Source: an uncultured Fibrobacterota bacterium (lineage in GTDB: Bacteria > Fibrobacterota > Chitinivibrionia > Chitinivibrionales > FEN-1185). Taken from it: a DNA stretch of 64,000 nucleotides. The stretch lies in assembly GCA_963753345.1 (NCBI GenBank), contig CAVWBU010000031.1, forward strand, positions 1 through 64,000, read 5' to 3'. A program made the position numbers and the translations under genes. Positions within the stretch are counted from its first letter, which is position 1. Each line of letters opens with the position of its first letter. Below are positions 19,793 through 30,400 of this stretch, piece after piece. The notes under the pieces were generated by a model that was not told the origin of the DNA, did not search any database, and was given only the letters and a program-made list of their open reading frames with translations.

Positions 19793-20975
19793 GCCGGTTC
19801 CCCGCAATCGAGGCGATGCGGTCGACAATGATTTCGGCGAGCCTGCGCTTGTCGGTGCGCGCGATGCGCTCCGGCCGCCTGCCGTGAGCAAGGATCGTCG
19901 CCTCCGAGGTGTCGCCCTCCATTGCGGTTTCCGCCGGGTTGGCGACCATCATGTCGCAGTTCTTCTTCGCCATTTTGGCGGCGGCTGCCGCGGTCTCGGC
20001 GCGGGGGTCGAGCGAAAATCCCACGAGCACCTGATGCGTCTTGGCGCGGCCCAGGCCCTCAAGAATGTCCGGGGTGGCCGTGAGACCCAGGTTCCATGTT
20101 GACGAATCGGAGCGGTGCTTTTTGGTCTTCAAGACGGTTGTGGGACGAAAGTCGCTCACCGCGGCTGCCATGATGCAGATGTCGCACCGTCCGAATTCTC
20201 TGTCGAGCGCGGCCTTCATCTCGCGCGCGCTTGTTACGCCGATCGCCCGGCATCCCGGCGGCGGCACGACCGCGGAGGGCCCGTGCACCACGCACACGTC
20301 CGCGCCGGCGAGCATGGCCGCGCGCGCGAGCATGGCGCCCATTTTCCCCGATGAGCGGTTGGAAATCACGCGCACCGGGTCGATGGGTTCCTGCGTGGGG
20401 CCGGAGGAGATGAGCACCTTCTTCCCGGAAAGCAAGCGCGGCCGCAGGCCGGCGAGAACGCAATCGACAATGGTTTGCACGGGAAGCAGGCGGCCCGCCC
20501 CCTCGTCGCCGCAGGCAAGCTCTCCTTCGTCGACAGGCAGCACAATCGCGCCGCGCGATGCGCACAGGGCAACGTTGGCCCGCACCGCGGCGTTGTTCCA
20601 CATGGCGGTGTTCATGGCCGGCGCGAGCATGATCCGCTTTTCAAACGAGAGCGCGAGCGTGGTGAGGAGGTTGTCGGCAATGCCGTGCGCGATCTTGGCG
20701 ATGGTGTTTGCCGTGGCCGGGCATACGAGGAGCAGTTGTCCCCATTTCGCAAGCTCGATGTGGGCCATGTCGGGGGATGCGGGCGAGCCGTCGGTATACA
20801 CCGGGTTGCAGGACACAACGCGCAGGGTTTCCTCGCCCACGAGCACACGCGCATCGGAGGTAAGAACAACCTTGACGGCGACGTTGTTTTTCCCGAGGAG
20901 CCGGACAAGCTCCGGCGTCTTGTAGGCCGCGATGCCGCCCGTTATGCCGAGCACGACGCGTTGAACGGTATTCAT
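19785..20975 (-). CDS. coaBC: Bifunctional phosphopantothenoylcysteine decarboxylase/ligase
   Basis: GITGGIAAYK, PATANTIAK, APAMN, PIDPVR.ISNRSSGKMG. Confidence 0.96.
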   Translation of the reverse strand: MNTVQRVVLGITGGIAAYKTPELVRLLGKNNVAVKVVLTSDARVLVGEETLRVVSCNPVYTDGSPASPDMAHIELAKWGQLLLVCPATANTIAKIAHGIADNLLTTLALSFEKRIMLAPAMNTAMWNNAAVRANVALCASRGAIVLPVDEGELACGDEGAGRLLPVQTIVDCVLAGLRPRLLSGKKVLISSGPTQEPIDPVRVISNRSSGKMGAMLARAAMLAGADVCVVHGPSAVVPPPGCRAIGVTSAREMKAALDREFGRCDICIMAAAVSDFRPTTVLKTKKHRSDSSTWNLGLTATPDILEGLGRAKTHQVLVGFSLDPRAETAAAAAKMAKKNCDMMVANPAETAMEGDTSEATILAHGRRPERIARTDKRRLAEIIVDRIASIAGNRHD

Positions 20976-21012
20976 CCGACAATACCCCGGTGGCTGTTGG
21001 CGGAAAAACGGA

Positions 21013-21219
21013 TTATCCCTGCGTTTCGGTCTCTTCGTTTTCCACAACCCGGCCTTCGAACAGGCGTTTGAGCGCCGTGGTGGTGGGTTTGTTCTCCGGC
21101 TTGGTGATGCCGAGCCGCATCTGATCGTTGATGAAGCGGGCCTCCTGCGCCGCCATGATGACGGCCTTGTAGCGGTTGATCCCGCGTTTTTCCAGATCGT
21201 CAAGCTGCAATTCGAGCAC
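21013..21219 (-). CDS. rpoZ: RNA polymerase omega subunit
   Basis: NRYKAVIMAAQEARFIN, KPTTTAL; AAGGAGG RBS; synteny with coaBC. Confidence 0.85.
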   Translation of the reverse strand: MLELQLDDLEKRGINRYKAVIMAAQEARFINDQMRLGITKPENKPTTTALKRLFEGRVVENEETETQG

Positions 21220-21255
21220 GAGTCCTCCTTGCGCGGCGCGGCCGCGGCACTACGG

Positions 21256-22131
21256 TTATTCTATATTCTGGATCTGTTCGCGTATTTTTTCTATGTTTTC
21301 CTTGAGCGCCACCGACAAATGGGATATTTCGGCGTCGTTGGCCTTGGAGCCTATGGTGTTTGCCTCCCGGTTCATCTCCTGGAGGAGGAAGTTCATCCGC
21401 TTGCCCACCGGCTCGCCGCTGCCGAAGTCCTTTACAAACGCGCTTATGTGCGCCCGCAGCCTGGTGCACTCCTCCGAGATGTCCATCTTGTCGGCCATGA
21501 TCGCGATTTCCATGGCGAGCCGCGACGGGTCGGGCGGGTTGGCCAGCAGCTTCTCGATGCGGCCGGCAAGGTCCTTGGAATACTCCTCCACGCGCCGCGG
21601 CGCCCGCGCCTCCACGCTGTTGAGCAGGCGGGAAATGAGGTCGAGCATTTTCCTGAGGTCGCGGATGATGTGCTCCCCCTCGGCGACCCGGGATCGCTGG
21701 AAATCGTCGAGCGCCTTGGAAAACACCGGGGAGAAATGTTTCCACAGCGTCTTGTCGTCGCCCTGCAACTGCCCGGCCTTGATGAAATCGGAGAAATGCA
21801 GCAAATCGGAAAGGGTGATGTCGCCCGCAAGCTTGTATTTCTTTTTTATTTCCCGGAAAATGGAAAGGTAATTGTCGACCGCGGACTTGTCCCACGACAG
21901 CCGGCCTTCGCCGTTTTCCCTGTCGCAGCCCACATAGACCGACACGCTGCCGCGCGGTATGGCGTCGGTGACCGCAGCCTTGATCTTCTGCTCGAGGTTG
22001 GCAAGCGATTTGGGCAGACGCAGCTGCAGGTCGAGAAAACGGTTGTTGACGGCACGGATTTCGACGCGAAACCCGCCGGACGGCGTGCGCGCCTCGGCAA
22101 GACCGAACCCCGTCATGCTTTTTATGGGCAT
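21256..22131 (-). CDS. yicC: YicC/YloC-family endoribonuclease
   Basis: SMTGFG, EIRAVNNRFLD, GKRMNFLLQEMNREANTIGSK, EKIREQIQNIE. Confidence 0.95.
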   Translation of the reverse strand: MPIKSMTGFGLAEARTPSGGFRVEIRAVNNRFLDLQLRLPKSLANLEQKIKAAVTDAIPRGSVSVYVGCDRENGEGRLSWDKSAVDNYLSIFREIKKKYKLAGDITLSDLLHFSDFIKAGQLQGDDKTLWKHFSPVFSKALDDFQRSRVAEGEHIIRDLRKMLDLISRLLNSVEARAPRRVEEYSKDLAGRIEKLLANPPDPSRLAMEIAIMADKMDISEECTRLRAHISAFVKDFGSGEPVGKRMNFLLQEMNREANTIGSKANDAEISHLSVALKENIEKIREQIQNIE

Positions 22132-22364
22132 ACCCTTCCCTTGCCACGTGGAGGCGGACAAAAATGAGGCCGTGCGATCGTTGGTGAGGAAAAACTTACT
22201 AAATATATATGATAACTCCGGCCGGCTGCAATGTGCCGTGAGTCCTTGGCAACTTCCGGGCAAAGCGCCGTGTCCCCTTGCAACGCCGCGCCGGCCCGTC
22301 ATGCTTCCATTGACAACTCCGGCCTCCGTCACTTAATTTTCTCTATGTTTTTCCTGCGGCATAT

Positions 22365-22438
22365 GCCAGCGTAGCTCAGTTGGTTAGAGCAGTGGAATCA
22401 TAATCCACGTGTCCGGAGTTCGAATCTCTGCGCTGGCA
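22365..22438 (+). tRNA. tRNA with CAT anticodon (elongator Met, possibly Ile2)
   Basis: GCCAGCGTAGCTCAGTTGGTTAGAGCAGTGGAATCATAATCCAC...GTTCGAATC...CGCTGGCA; 1:72 is paired, so not an initiator. Confidence 0.95.
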
Positions 22439-22560
22439 CTCTTTCCCCTTAAGACTTTTCCCTGTGAAAACAGCGCTTTCCAGGGTTCCTTTTGTTCTTC
22501 CCGCATTGTCTCACGTTAGGGATTTTATCGAGGTGGCGGCACACTCATTTCATGAGCCTG

Positions 22561-22775
22561 TTGTTTACCCACTACGCACGCAAAGCGGGCCCCCGATTTT
22601 GTCGGGGGATGAATGCGCCTTCTGCTTCACCCCTGCGGGTGCTTCGAAGCGTCGCGGGATGTCGCCCCCCTTCGGGGACGCCGAAGCGTCGCACAAGTAG
22701 CCTTCGGCTCCCGGAGCCGAAGGAAATTTTTGGTGCCGCCGACTCCTGTCGGCGGGGCTCCACCGGGGTGAACAA
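22561..22775. mobile_element. Palindrome-rich MITE with short terminal inverted repeats (IS200/IS605-like hairpins)
   Basis: TTGTTTACCC...GGGTGAACAA ends; CCCCGATTTTGTCGGGG and CCGCCGACTCCTGTCGGCGG hairpins. Confidence 0.55.
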
Positions 22776-22876
22776 TATAAAATATAAAAACACAAAAATA
22801 TTGGTAATTACCTTATATTTTGAGAGGAAGTTTCTTAAGGAAAAGCATTCCAAACTTTCCCAGGGGGGGACTATAA

Positions 22877-25711
22877 ATGTTAAGAAAAATGTTGGTTTCA
22901 GTGTCTTTGACCTTGCTGATTTCGGCCTGTGCATGTTATGCGGACACCTATACGGGTGAAACAAGCAACAGGGTTACGATCAATTTAGGACAGACTCCCT
23001 GGAAGTTTACAAAAACAGATCCGGCCGGGGGCGCGCAGGCGGTGGGATACAGCGATGGTGCATGGAAAGATGTCGGGATTCCGCATTGCTGGAACGACAC
23101 CGACACGTTTATCAATCAGGCGAGCGGAGGCGGCGACGGATCCATGTACGGCGGCACAAACTGGTATCGCAAACACTTCACCCTGGATAATACCTATTCC
23201 GGAAGAAAGATTTTCATAGAATTTGAAGGGGCCCATGTGGGCGCCTCGGTCTATGTGAATGGCACGTTTATTCCCGGCAACAGCGCATACAATACTGCAT
23301 GCACCCATGTGATCGGGTTTATGGGATTCGTTATAGACGCGACTCCGTACGTGCAATTCGGCGGCGCCGACAACGTTCTCGCCGTGCGGCTCAGCAAGAA
23401 CGGAGCAACCTATGCCGACCCCGGTATTTGCCTCGGGTTCCGCTTTGGACAGGCCGACGGCGGAATATTCCGGCCCGTATGGATGCACATTACCGACAAC
23501 GTGCATATTCCGATGAACGTGTATTCGGTTCTTAACAAATGGGGAACCTACGTGGCCACCACGGCGGTCGCGGCGGACGGTTCGTCCGCCACGGTACGGC
23601 TCCTCACGAACGTTGAAAACGACGGCGGCGGAGCGGCAAACGTCACCCTTACCACCAAGATCGTGGACGCGGCCAGCAACGTGGTATGGACCCAGGACAA
23701 TACCGCGTCCGTCAATGGAGGCGCCAATCATATTTTCGACCAGACCACCACCATCGCCAATCCCCACTTGTGGTACCCCAACGCCAGCACCTACGGCACG
23801 CCGTATATGTACACGGTGTACCACATAGTCAAGGTCGGCGGCACCACGCTCGACGTGGCCCAAACCCCCTTGGGAATACGGCGGATCACGTGGGACTCGG
23901 ATTTCCCCTATATCAACGGACACAAGCATCTGCTGTGGGGCGCCGCCTCGCGTTACGATTATCCCGCGCTGGGTACGGCATTGCCTCCCGAGGTCGAATA
24001 CCGCGACGCGAAGATACTCGCGGACGCAGGCGGCAGACTCTGGAGGCCCGGGCATTCATCGTGCAGCCCGGGATTTGTCGCGGCCTGCGACGCTTATGGA
24101 ATCTTTCTCATCCAGCCCAGCGGCGAAGGCGAGGGCGCATTCTCCACCGGCGCGAACGCCTCTGCCTACACGAAAGGCCTTAAGCTGGAATTGCACAGGG
24201 ACATGGTCGTACGGGACAGGAACAATCCTTCCATTCTTGCCTGGGAAGCAAGCAACGGGGACATCGATCCTGCCTTTGCCACTTTGACAAGGAACGTTTC
24301 CAATACGTGGGACTCTCTTTCGCCGAGGGCCCAGTCTTGCCGGGGCGGTCCGGGATATGTGGTCGGCGATCTGATCGCGTGCACCTTGACCGGCTGTGAC
24401 GCGCAGCAGAAACCGTTTCATCCGCAGTGCCCCTGGTGGGGAGCGGAATCATGGGGAAGGCAGTCTTCGAGGGCTGCGTACGATTGGGAGATATGGTTTT
24501 CCGCGGAGTTCCTGCGAAACTGGTCGGCCGACATAACAAACACCACTCACCCATTTGGGATATGTCAATGGTATCTTGCCGAAACCCCCGGTGAAGTGGG
24601 GAATTTCGCTGAGGGAGGCAGCCCAAGGTCGTTCGGGTCTTCGATGATGGATTTCAACCGTCTTCCAAAGATGCTTTACAAGATATATTCGGCGGCGTGG
24701 CTGCCTTTTTCGGTCAAACCCGTGGTATTTATTTCCCATCATTGGAACCGCACAGGCACCGTACGGGTCAATGTATTCAGCAATTGTCCCGCGGTCAAAC
24801 TCAGGCTCAACGGTGCGGATCTTGGGAACCAGACGCCCAACTCGGATTCCGGGGTAGCTGGTCAGAACGACTTTACGACCCAACCTCCTAATTATCCGAC
24901 CTCAATGCCGTTCCAATGCCATTGGGACGTGGCTTGGGCCTCGGGAACGCTGCTGGCCCAAGGCCTTGACGCAACCGGCAATGTGGTCTGTACCGATCAG
25001 AAAGTGACGGCCGGCGATCCCGCCTGCATCGTTTTGGTTCAGGATGCGCCGATTGTAAAGCCGAACGGTGAAGTGTTCAACATTACCGCCAACGGAACGG
25101 ACGCCGCTTTGATTGTGGCCAAGGTGGTTGACGCCAACGGCAACTGGTGTCCCACCGCGACCAATATCGTAACCTTCGCCGTTTCCGGACCCGGCAATTA
25201 TCGCGGCGGCTCAGACCAATGGGTCACTGCCGGCCAGCCCCTGGGATATCACTCGCCCCTTGACCCGAACCTTTCGGCGGAAGGCGGCATGTGCAAGGTG
25301 GCTGTCCGCTCCACGTTTACTCCCGGCAATGTTACGGTTACCGCGACTTCACCGGGATTGTGCCAGGGCCAGACCTCTTTTACGGTCCATCCGCTTAATG
25401 AACAGGTGTCAATAATACCCTCGAAGGTTCAGGCTGCGGTTTCCATGGCGCCGGCGCTCAAAATAGTAATGGCCGGCGGCACGCTGCGGTATTTATTAAG
25501 CAGACCTTCCAGGGTGTCGGTGGAGATACTTGACGCAAGCGGAAGAATCCTTTTGCGCATTCCCGAGTCGAAACAGGCTGGCGGTTGGCACTCGATACCG
25601 CTTTCAGGGCCGGGAAGCCGCAGCAATAACGCGGGCGCAGGCGTTTATTTCGCGCGCTTTTCAATGGACGGAAATTATCAGTCGACGAAACGAATCTTCG
25701 TGATGCGTTGA
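22877..25711 (+). CDS. Secreted GH2-family glycoside hydrolase with C-terminal sorting domain
   Basis: Signal peptide, WYRKHF, IEFEG, GGIFRPV, LGIRRI, RDRNNPSILAW, tail ILDASGR..GVYFAR. Confidence 0.9.
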   Translation: MLRKMLVSVSLTLLISACACYADTYTGETSNRVTINLGQTPWKFTKTDPAGGAQAVGYSDGAWKDVGIPHCWNDTDTFINQASGGGDGSMYGGTNWYRKHFTLDNTYSGRKIFIEFEGAHVGASVYVNGTFIPGNSAYNTACTHVIGFMGFVIDATPYVQFGGADNVLAVRLSKNGATYADPGICLGFRFGQADGGIFRPVWMHITDNVHIPMNVYSVLNKWGTYVATTAVAADGSSATVRLLTNVENDGGGAANVTLTTKIVDAASNVVWTQDNTASVNGGANHIFDQTTTIANPHLWYPNASTYGTPYMYTVYHIVKVGGTTLDVAQTPLGIRRITWDSDFPYINGHKHLLWGAASRYDYPALGTALPPEVEYRDAKILADAGGRLWRPGHSSCSPGFVAACDAYGIFLIQPSGEGEGAFSTGANASAYTKGLKLELHRDMVVRDRNNPSILAWEASNGDIDPAFATLTRNVSNTWDSLSPRAQSCRGGPGYVVGDLIACTLTGCDAQQKPFHPQCPWWGAESWGRQSSRAAYDWEIWFSAEFLRNWSADITNTTHPFGICQWYLAETPGEVGNFAEGGSPRSFGSSMMDFNRLPKMLYKIYSAAWLPFSVKPVVFISHHWNRTGTVRVNVFSNCPAVKLRLNGADLGNQTPNSDSGVAGQNDFTTQPPNYPTSMPFQCHWDVAWASGTLLAQGLDATGNVVCTDQKVTAGDPACIVLVQDAPIVKPNGEVFNITANGTDAALIVAKVVDANGNWCPTATNIVTFAVSGPGNYRGGSDQWVTAGQPLGYHSPLDPNLSAEGGMCKVAVRSTFTPGNVTVTATSPGLCQGQTSFTVHPLNEQVSIIPSKVQAAVSMAPALKIVMAGGTLRYLLSRPSRVSVEILDASGRILLRIPESKQAGGWHSIPLSGPGSRSNNAGAGVYFARFSMDGNYQSTKRIFVMR

Positions 25712-25737
25712 CACGCGGTCCCATAATCCTGAACGGT

Positions 25738-25766
25738 AAAAAAGCATCCTGTCCGGATGCTTTTTT
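25738..25766. terminator. Intrinsic terminator (bidirectional type)
   Basis: AAAAAAGCATCC-TGTCC-GGATGCTTTTTT. Confidence 0.8.
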
Positions 25767-25968
25767 ACTATGAAAACAGGGTATATTTGCCATAGCAAGC
25801 AGGAGAGGTGTGGAATTGGGCAAGGGAAACACAACAGATCGACGCGGGCACCGGCCCCCGTGGCACGGCGCACGAGGTACGGGCCGGCGAACCAATGACC
25901 ATATACGTCACGGGAAGAATTGGCAAATGCATCAAGCGACCTTGAAAGAGGAAGCAGATTTAACCCGG

Positions 25969-27336
25969 ATGTCCGACAAAACAGTTGAGGATTTTTTCCG
26001 CGCCCGTTGCGTCGCGCCCTGCTCGGTATGCGTTGCCGTGAGCGGCGGCGGCGATTCGGTGGCGCTGTTTCACCTCCTGAGCGCCCTGCGGACCCGACTT
26101 GCCATCACGCGGCTGGGGGTCGCTCATGTCAACCACCGCATCCGCGGCGCGGCATCGGACAGCGACGCCGCGTTCGTAAGAAGCCTGGCAAAGGCGGGCG
26201 GCGCGGCGTTTCATCTGCGGGAAATTGACAAAAGCGATGTTCCGGACAGCGGCGTGGAGGAATGGGCGAGGAACGTCAGGTACGGTTTTTTCGCAAAAGT
26301 CCGGAAGAAATTCGGTTACACCTATGTCGCCACGGCCCACACCCGCAACGACCAGGCCGAAACCGTGCTGCTGCGCCTGCTGCGCGGCAGCGGCCTGCAC
26401 GGCCTGTGCGGCATCGCGCCCGTACGCAACGACGGCGTGATCCGGCCGCTCCTGGATGCGGACGGGCGCGCGGTCCGCGCATGGCTGTCGGCGCGCAAGC
26501 TTGCTTTCCGGGAAGACGCCACGAACGCCGACACGTCGTATGCGCGCAACTGGGTCCGGCACGCGGTCATTCCGCTCCTTGAGCGCCGGGACGGGGATGT
26601 CGTAGCGCATCTTGCTGCGGCCGCGGCCAACGCGCAGGCCGTGGACCGGATGGTGGCGCCCCTTACAAATAAATGGATTGATGACAACGTAGTGTTTTCG
26701 GCCGCGCGCAGGTTTCTGGTGAAAAAGGCGGGGCTGGCAGGCGATCCGGTGGCGGCCGAAGCCATTGTGCGCTTGTTCGCACAGAAAGGCGTGGGGTTCG
26801 ACCGCAAGCACGTTGACGAACTGCTTGGTAACGCGCGGCGGTCGACCGGTGTATTCCTGCTCCCGGGCGGATGGAACTATTTGTGCGGAAAGGCGGGGCT
26901 GGAGTTTGCGCCGATCGCTCGACAACAGAAAGCCAAAGTGTTTTGCTGTAACGTCGAGCGAGGAAAAACCGTTGGGTGCACGGCGGCGCATTGCGCCATC
27001 GGCGCAAGGGTGTTGCGTTTGAAAAGGGGTGAGAAACCATCCTTTGACGATCCCATGACTGCGTACCTTGATGCCGCCGCGTGCAGCGGGCCGCTTGAGC
27101 TGCGGAGCATTGCGCCGGGCGATCGGTTCTGGCCTTACGGCGCAAAAGGCTTTGTCGACTGCAGGGAGTTTCTCAAGAAACAGGGCATTTGCGCCCGCGA
27201 AAGGAAGACCACCGGCGTTGTCGCGCTCAGGCGGGGAGAAATCGTATGGCTGGTTGGTGTGCGGACCGCTCATCAATTCCGCGTCACCCCCGCGACAGGA
27301 ACGGTGCTCCAGATTTCATGCAGGCCGTTGGGCTGA
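25969..27336 (+). CDS. tilS: tRNA(Ile)-lysidine synthetase
   Basis: AVSGGGDS, HVNH.IR, TAHTRNDQAET, IRPLL, RNWVRH. Confidence 0.95.
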   Translation: MSDKTVEDFFRARCVAPCSVCVAVSGGGDSVALFHLLSALRTRLAITRLGVAHVNHRIRGAASDSDAAFVRSLAKAGGAAFHLREIDKSDVPDSGVEEWARNVRYGFFAKVRKKFGYTYVATAHTRNDQAETVLLRLLRGSGLHGLCGIAPVRNDGVIRPLLDADGRAVRAWLSARKLAFREDATNADTSYARNWVRHAVIPLLERRDGDVVAHLAAAAANAQAVDRMVAPLTNKWIDDNVVFSAARRFLVKKAGLAGDPVAAEAIVRLFAQKGVGFDRKHVDELLGNARRSTGVFLLPGGWNYLCGKAGLEFAPIARQQKAKVFCCNVERGKTVGCTAAHCAIGARVLRLKRGEKPSFDDPMTAYLDAAACSGPLELRSIAPGDRFWPYGAKGFVDCREFLKKQGICARERKTTGVVALRRGEIVWLVGVRTAHQFRVTPATGTVLQISCRPLG

Positions 27337-27461
27337 AGGATGTATTTTCTGATATTCTTTTCAAGTTCCGCGATTGTAAAATGGAAATGAAGGGCAGGAG
27401 GCGCGAGTTGCTCAAAAGAGACAAAAAGAAATCAGGCAAGGCCGCAAAGCGCGGCGCCGAC

Positions 27462-29489
27462 ATGGATAAAAGCAGGAAGAAGCCGAACCTGCAGGAGCCC
27501 ACGCGGACCATCGCCATGTGGGTGTTTCTGATCCTGGCGGTGTTCTTCGGTCTGCGTCTCATCCAGAAAAGCGGCGACCTGCGGGAGCAGACCCTTTCCT
27601 ATTCGGAATTCCAGTCGCTTATCGCCCTTCCCGACGCCAAGATCTCGCGCATGGAGGTCACCCTCAAGGGCATCAACCGGGCCGTGGTGCACGGCGATGT
27701 CGCCGATGCAAGCGCGCTTGTCAAGGTCGTGCCGCAGAAGCAGACTACCGGCTCGAAATCCTTTACGGTTACCCTTCCGTTCCTCGATGCCGACATGCTC
27801 AAGCAATGGGATGCCCATGCCATCAAGTACTCCTTTGTGCCCGAGAAATTCAACTGGAGCGACATGATCTGGGGCAATCTCGTCTGGCTCCTGCCCATGG
27901 TGCTCATCTGGATGTTCATGCTGCGGCAGATGCAGGCCGGCCAGAAGGGGATATTCTCGTTCGGCAAGAGCAAGGCGAGGCTCCACGCCATGGACAGGCC
28001 GCAAAACACCTTTGCCGACGCAGCCGGGCTCGACGAGGCCAAGGCCGAGCTCGAGGAAATTATCGAGTTCCTCAAGAACCCGCAGAAGTTTAAAAGGCTG
28101 GGCGGCAAGATCCCCAAGGGCGTTCTGCTCCTCGGACCCCCGGGAACGGGGAAAACGCTGCTTGCCCGGTGCGTGGCGGGTGAGGCGGGCGTTCCCTTTC
28201 TGTCAATGAGCGGCTCCGATTTCGTGGAAATGTTCGTGGGCGTGGGGGCCTCGCGCGTCCGCGACCTGTTCGACACCGCCAAGCGCAATGCCCCCGGTAT
28301 CATCTTTATCGACGAGATCGACGCCGTGGGCAGGCAGCGCGGCGCGGGGCTCGGCGGCGGCCACGACGAGCGCGAGCAGACCCTCAACCAGATCCTTGTC
28401 GAAATGGACGGGTTTGAAGTGAACTCGGGCGTCATCCTCATTGCCGCCACAAACCGGCCCGACGTGCTTGATCCGGCGCTTCTGCGGCCCGGACGGTTCG
28501 ACAGGCACATCGTGGTCGATGTGCCCGATATCAAAGGGCGTGAAGGTATCCTCAAGGTGCATGTAAAGAACATTCCGCTCGCCGCCGACGTCGACCTGCT
28601 CACCATTGCCCGGGGCACGCCGGGGTTCGTGGGCGCCGACCTTGCCAATCTGGTGAACGAGGCCGCGCTCATGGCAGCGCGGTTCGGCCAGGAAAAGGTC
28701 ACCATGCTTGATTTTGAGGAAGCAAAGGACAAAGTGCTCATGGGCGTCGAGCGCAAGAGCATGGTGCTGTCGGACGACGAGAAGCGGAAGACCGCATACC
28801 ACGAGGCGGGCCACGCCATCTGCAACATCTACTGCAAGGAGGCCGACCCGCTGCACAAGGTGACCATCATCCCGCGCGGACGGGCGCTGGGCGTCACCTT
28901 CTCGCTCCCGGGCGAGGACAAGCACAGCTACACCAAGAACTTTCTCATCGACCGCATCTGCATCATGATGGGCGGCAGGGTCGCGGAGGAGATGGTGTTT
29001 TCGACCATGACCACGGGCGCGGCCAACGACATCAAGCAGGCCACCGATCTTGTGCGCAAGCTCATCTGCGATTACGGCATGACCAGCGAGCTGGGCCCGC
29101 TTTCCTACGGCGAAAAGGACGAGCAGATCTTTCTGGGAAGGGAATTCAACCGGCGGCGCGATTATTCGGAGCGCACCGCGGAGGTCATCGACAATCTCAT
29201 GCGGACCATCGTGGAGGAGCAGCATGTCCGCGCCCGGGACATCATCACCCAGCACCGCGACGAACTCGACCGGCTCGCCGCCGCGCTGCTCGAATACGAG
29301 CTTCTCGACAGAGAGGACATTCTCAAGGTCATCAAGGGCATGCACCTGGAATCGGTGAAGAAGACGCGGTCTCTTGTCAAAAAAGAGGGCGTTCTGGAAT
29401 CGAAGAATGACGAAAGAAAACCGGCGGGCGGCGCCGCCGTAGGGCCCGCATCCGACAACGGCGCGCCAGGCCAGGCGGCCTCCTCGTAG
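27462..29489 (+). CDS. ftsH: ATP-dependent zinc metalloprotease FtsH (alternative start 27381)
   Basis: Two TM helices, [22 protein letters not shown]. Confidence 0.97.
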   Translation: MDKSRKKPNLQEPTRTIAMWVFLILAVFFGLRLIQKSGDLREQTLSYSEFQSLIALPDAKISRMEVTLKGINRAVVHGDVADASALVKVVPQKQTTGSKSFTVTLPFLDADMLKQWDAHAIKYSFVPEKFNWSDMIWGNLVWLLPMVLIWMFMLRQMQAGQKGIFSFGKSKARLHAMDRPQNTFADAAGLDEAKAELEEIIEFLKNPQKFKRLGGKIPKGVLLLGPPGTGKTLLARCVAGEAGVPFLSMSGSDFVEMFVGVGASRVRDLFDTAKRNAPGIIFIDEIDAVGRQRGAGLGGGHDEREQTLNQILVEMDGFEVNSGVILIAATNRPDVLDPALLRPGRFDRHIVVDVPDIKGREGILKVHVKNIPLAADVDLLTIARGTPGFVGADLANLVNEAALMAARFGQEKVTMLDFEEAKDKVLMGVERKSMVLSDDEKRKTAYHEAGHAICNIYCKEADPLHKVTIIPRGRALGVTFSLPGEDKHSYTKNFLIDRICIMMGGRVAEEMVFSTMTTGAANDIKQATDLVRKLICDYGMTSELGPLSYGEKDEQIFLGREFNRRRDYSERTAEVIDNLMRTIVEEQHVRARDIITQHRDELDRLAAALLEYELLDREDILKVIKGMHLESVKKTRSLVKKEGVLESKNDERKPAGGAAVGPASDNGAPGQAASS

Positions 29490-29555
29490 CTTTCCCGCGG
29501 CCGCATCAGCGGCCGTTTTCGCAGCAAACACGTCCACCGCAGGAAAGAAACGCGC

Positions 29556-30368
29556 ATGCATCCGGTGCTCGAAAAACCGTTTGCCGTCATGGGGGTTGTG
29601 AATGTGACGCCCGACTCCTTCTACGACGGGGGAAAACACGCCACGGCCGCCGGCGCCGTCGACCATGCGAGACAGCTTGCCGCCGAAGGCGCCGACCTTC
29701 TTGACATCGGAGGCGAGTCCACGAGGCCGGGCGCGCGGCCCGTGAGCGAGGACGAGGAATGCCGGCGGATACTGCCGGTGGTCGCCGCGCTCGCGCGTGA
29801 CGGCGCGGTTCCCGTGAGCGTGGACACCACCAAGGCCGCGGTGGCGCGGCGTGCACTCGACGCCGGCGCGGCCATCATCAACGACATCAGCGCGGGCAGG
29901 TTCGACGCGGGCATGGCTCGCCTGGCGGCGGAAAAGGCCTGCCCCGTAGTTCTCATGCACAGCAGGGAGACCCCTGCGACCATGCAGTCGAGCCCCTCCT
30001 ACGGCGACGTTGTCGCAGAAGTAAAGAAGGAGCTGCTCGAACGGGCCGTCGCGTTCGCCGCAGCGGGAGTGCTCAGGGAGAACATCATTCTCGACCCCGG
30101 CATCGGGTTTGCAAAGCGGCTCGAAGACAACCTGCGGCTTCTTAAGCGGCTCGACGCGCTTGTCGCGCTCGGCTATCCGGTGTGCGTGGGCGTGTCGCGT
30201 AAGTCCTTTGTGGGCGCGGTCACCGGGCGCGGCACCGAGGAGCGGCTTTACGGAAGCCTCGCCGCGGTGGCTGCCGCTCGGCACAGGGGCGCGCGTCTGT
30301 TCCGCGTGCACGACGTGAAAGAGACCCTTGACGTCCTTAAGGTTCTTGACGCAATCAACCATGCCTGA
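29556..30368 (+). CDS. folP: Dihydropteroate synthase
   Basis: VNVTPDSFYDGG, DIGGESTRPG, DPGIGF, SRKSF, RVHDV. Confidence 0.97.
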   Translation: MHPVLEKPFAVMGVVNVTPDSFYDGGKHATAAGAVDHARQLAAEGADLLDIGGESTRPGARPVSEDEECRRILPVVAALARDGAVPVSVDTTKAAVARRALDAGAAIINDISAGRFDAGMARLAAEKACPVVLMHSRETPATMQSSPSYGDVVAEVKKELLERAVAFAAAGVLRENIILDPGIGFAKRLEDNLRLLKRLDALVALGYPVCVGVSRKSFVGAVTGRGTEERLYGSLAAVAAARHRGARLFRVHDVKETLDVLKVLDAINHA

Positions 30369-30400
30369 AGGGCATTTGGAAGGGCGCGTCCTAACACTAT

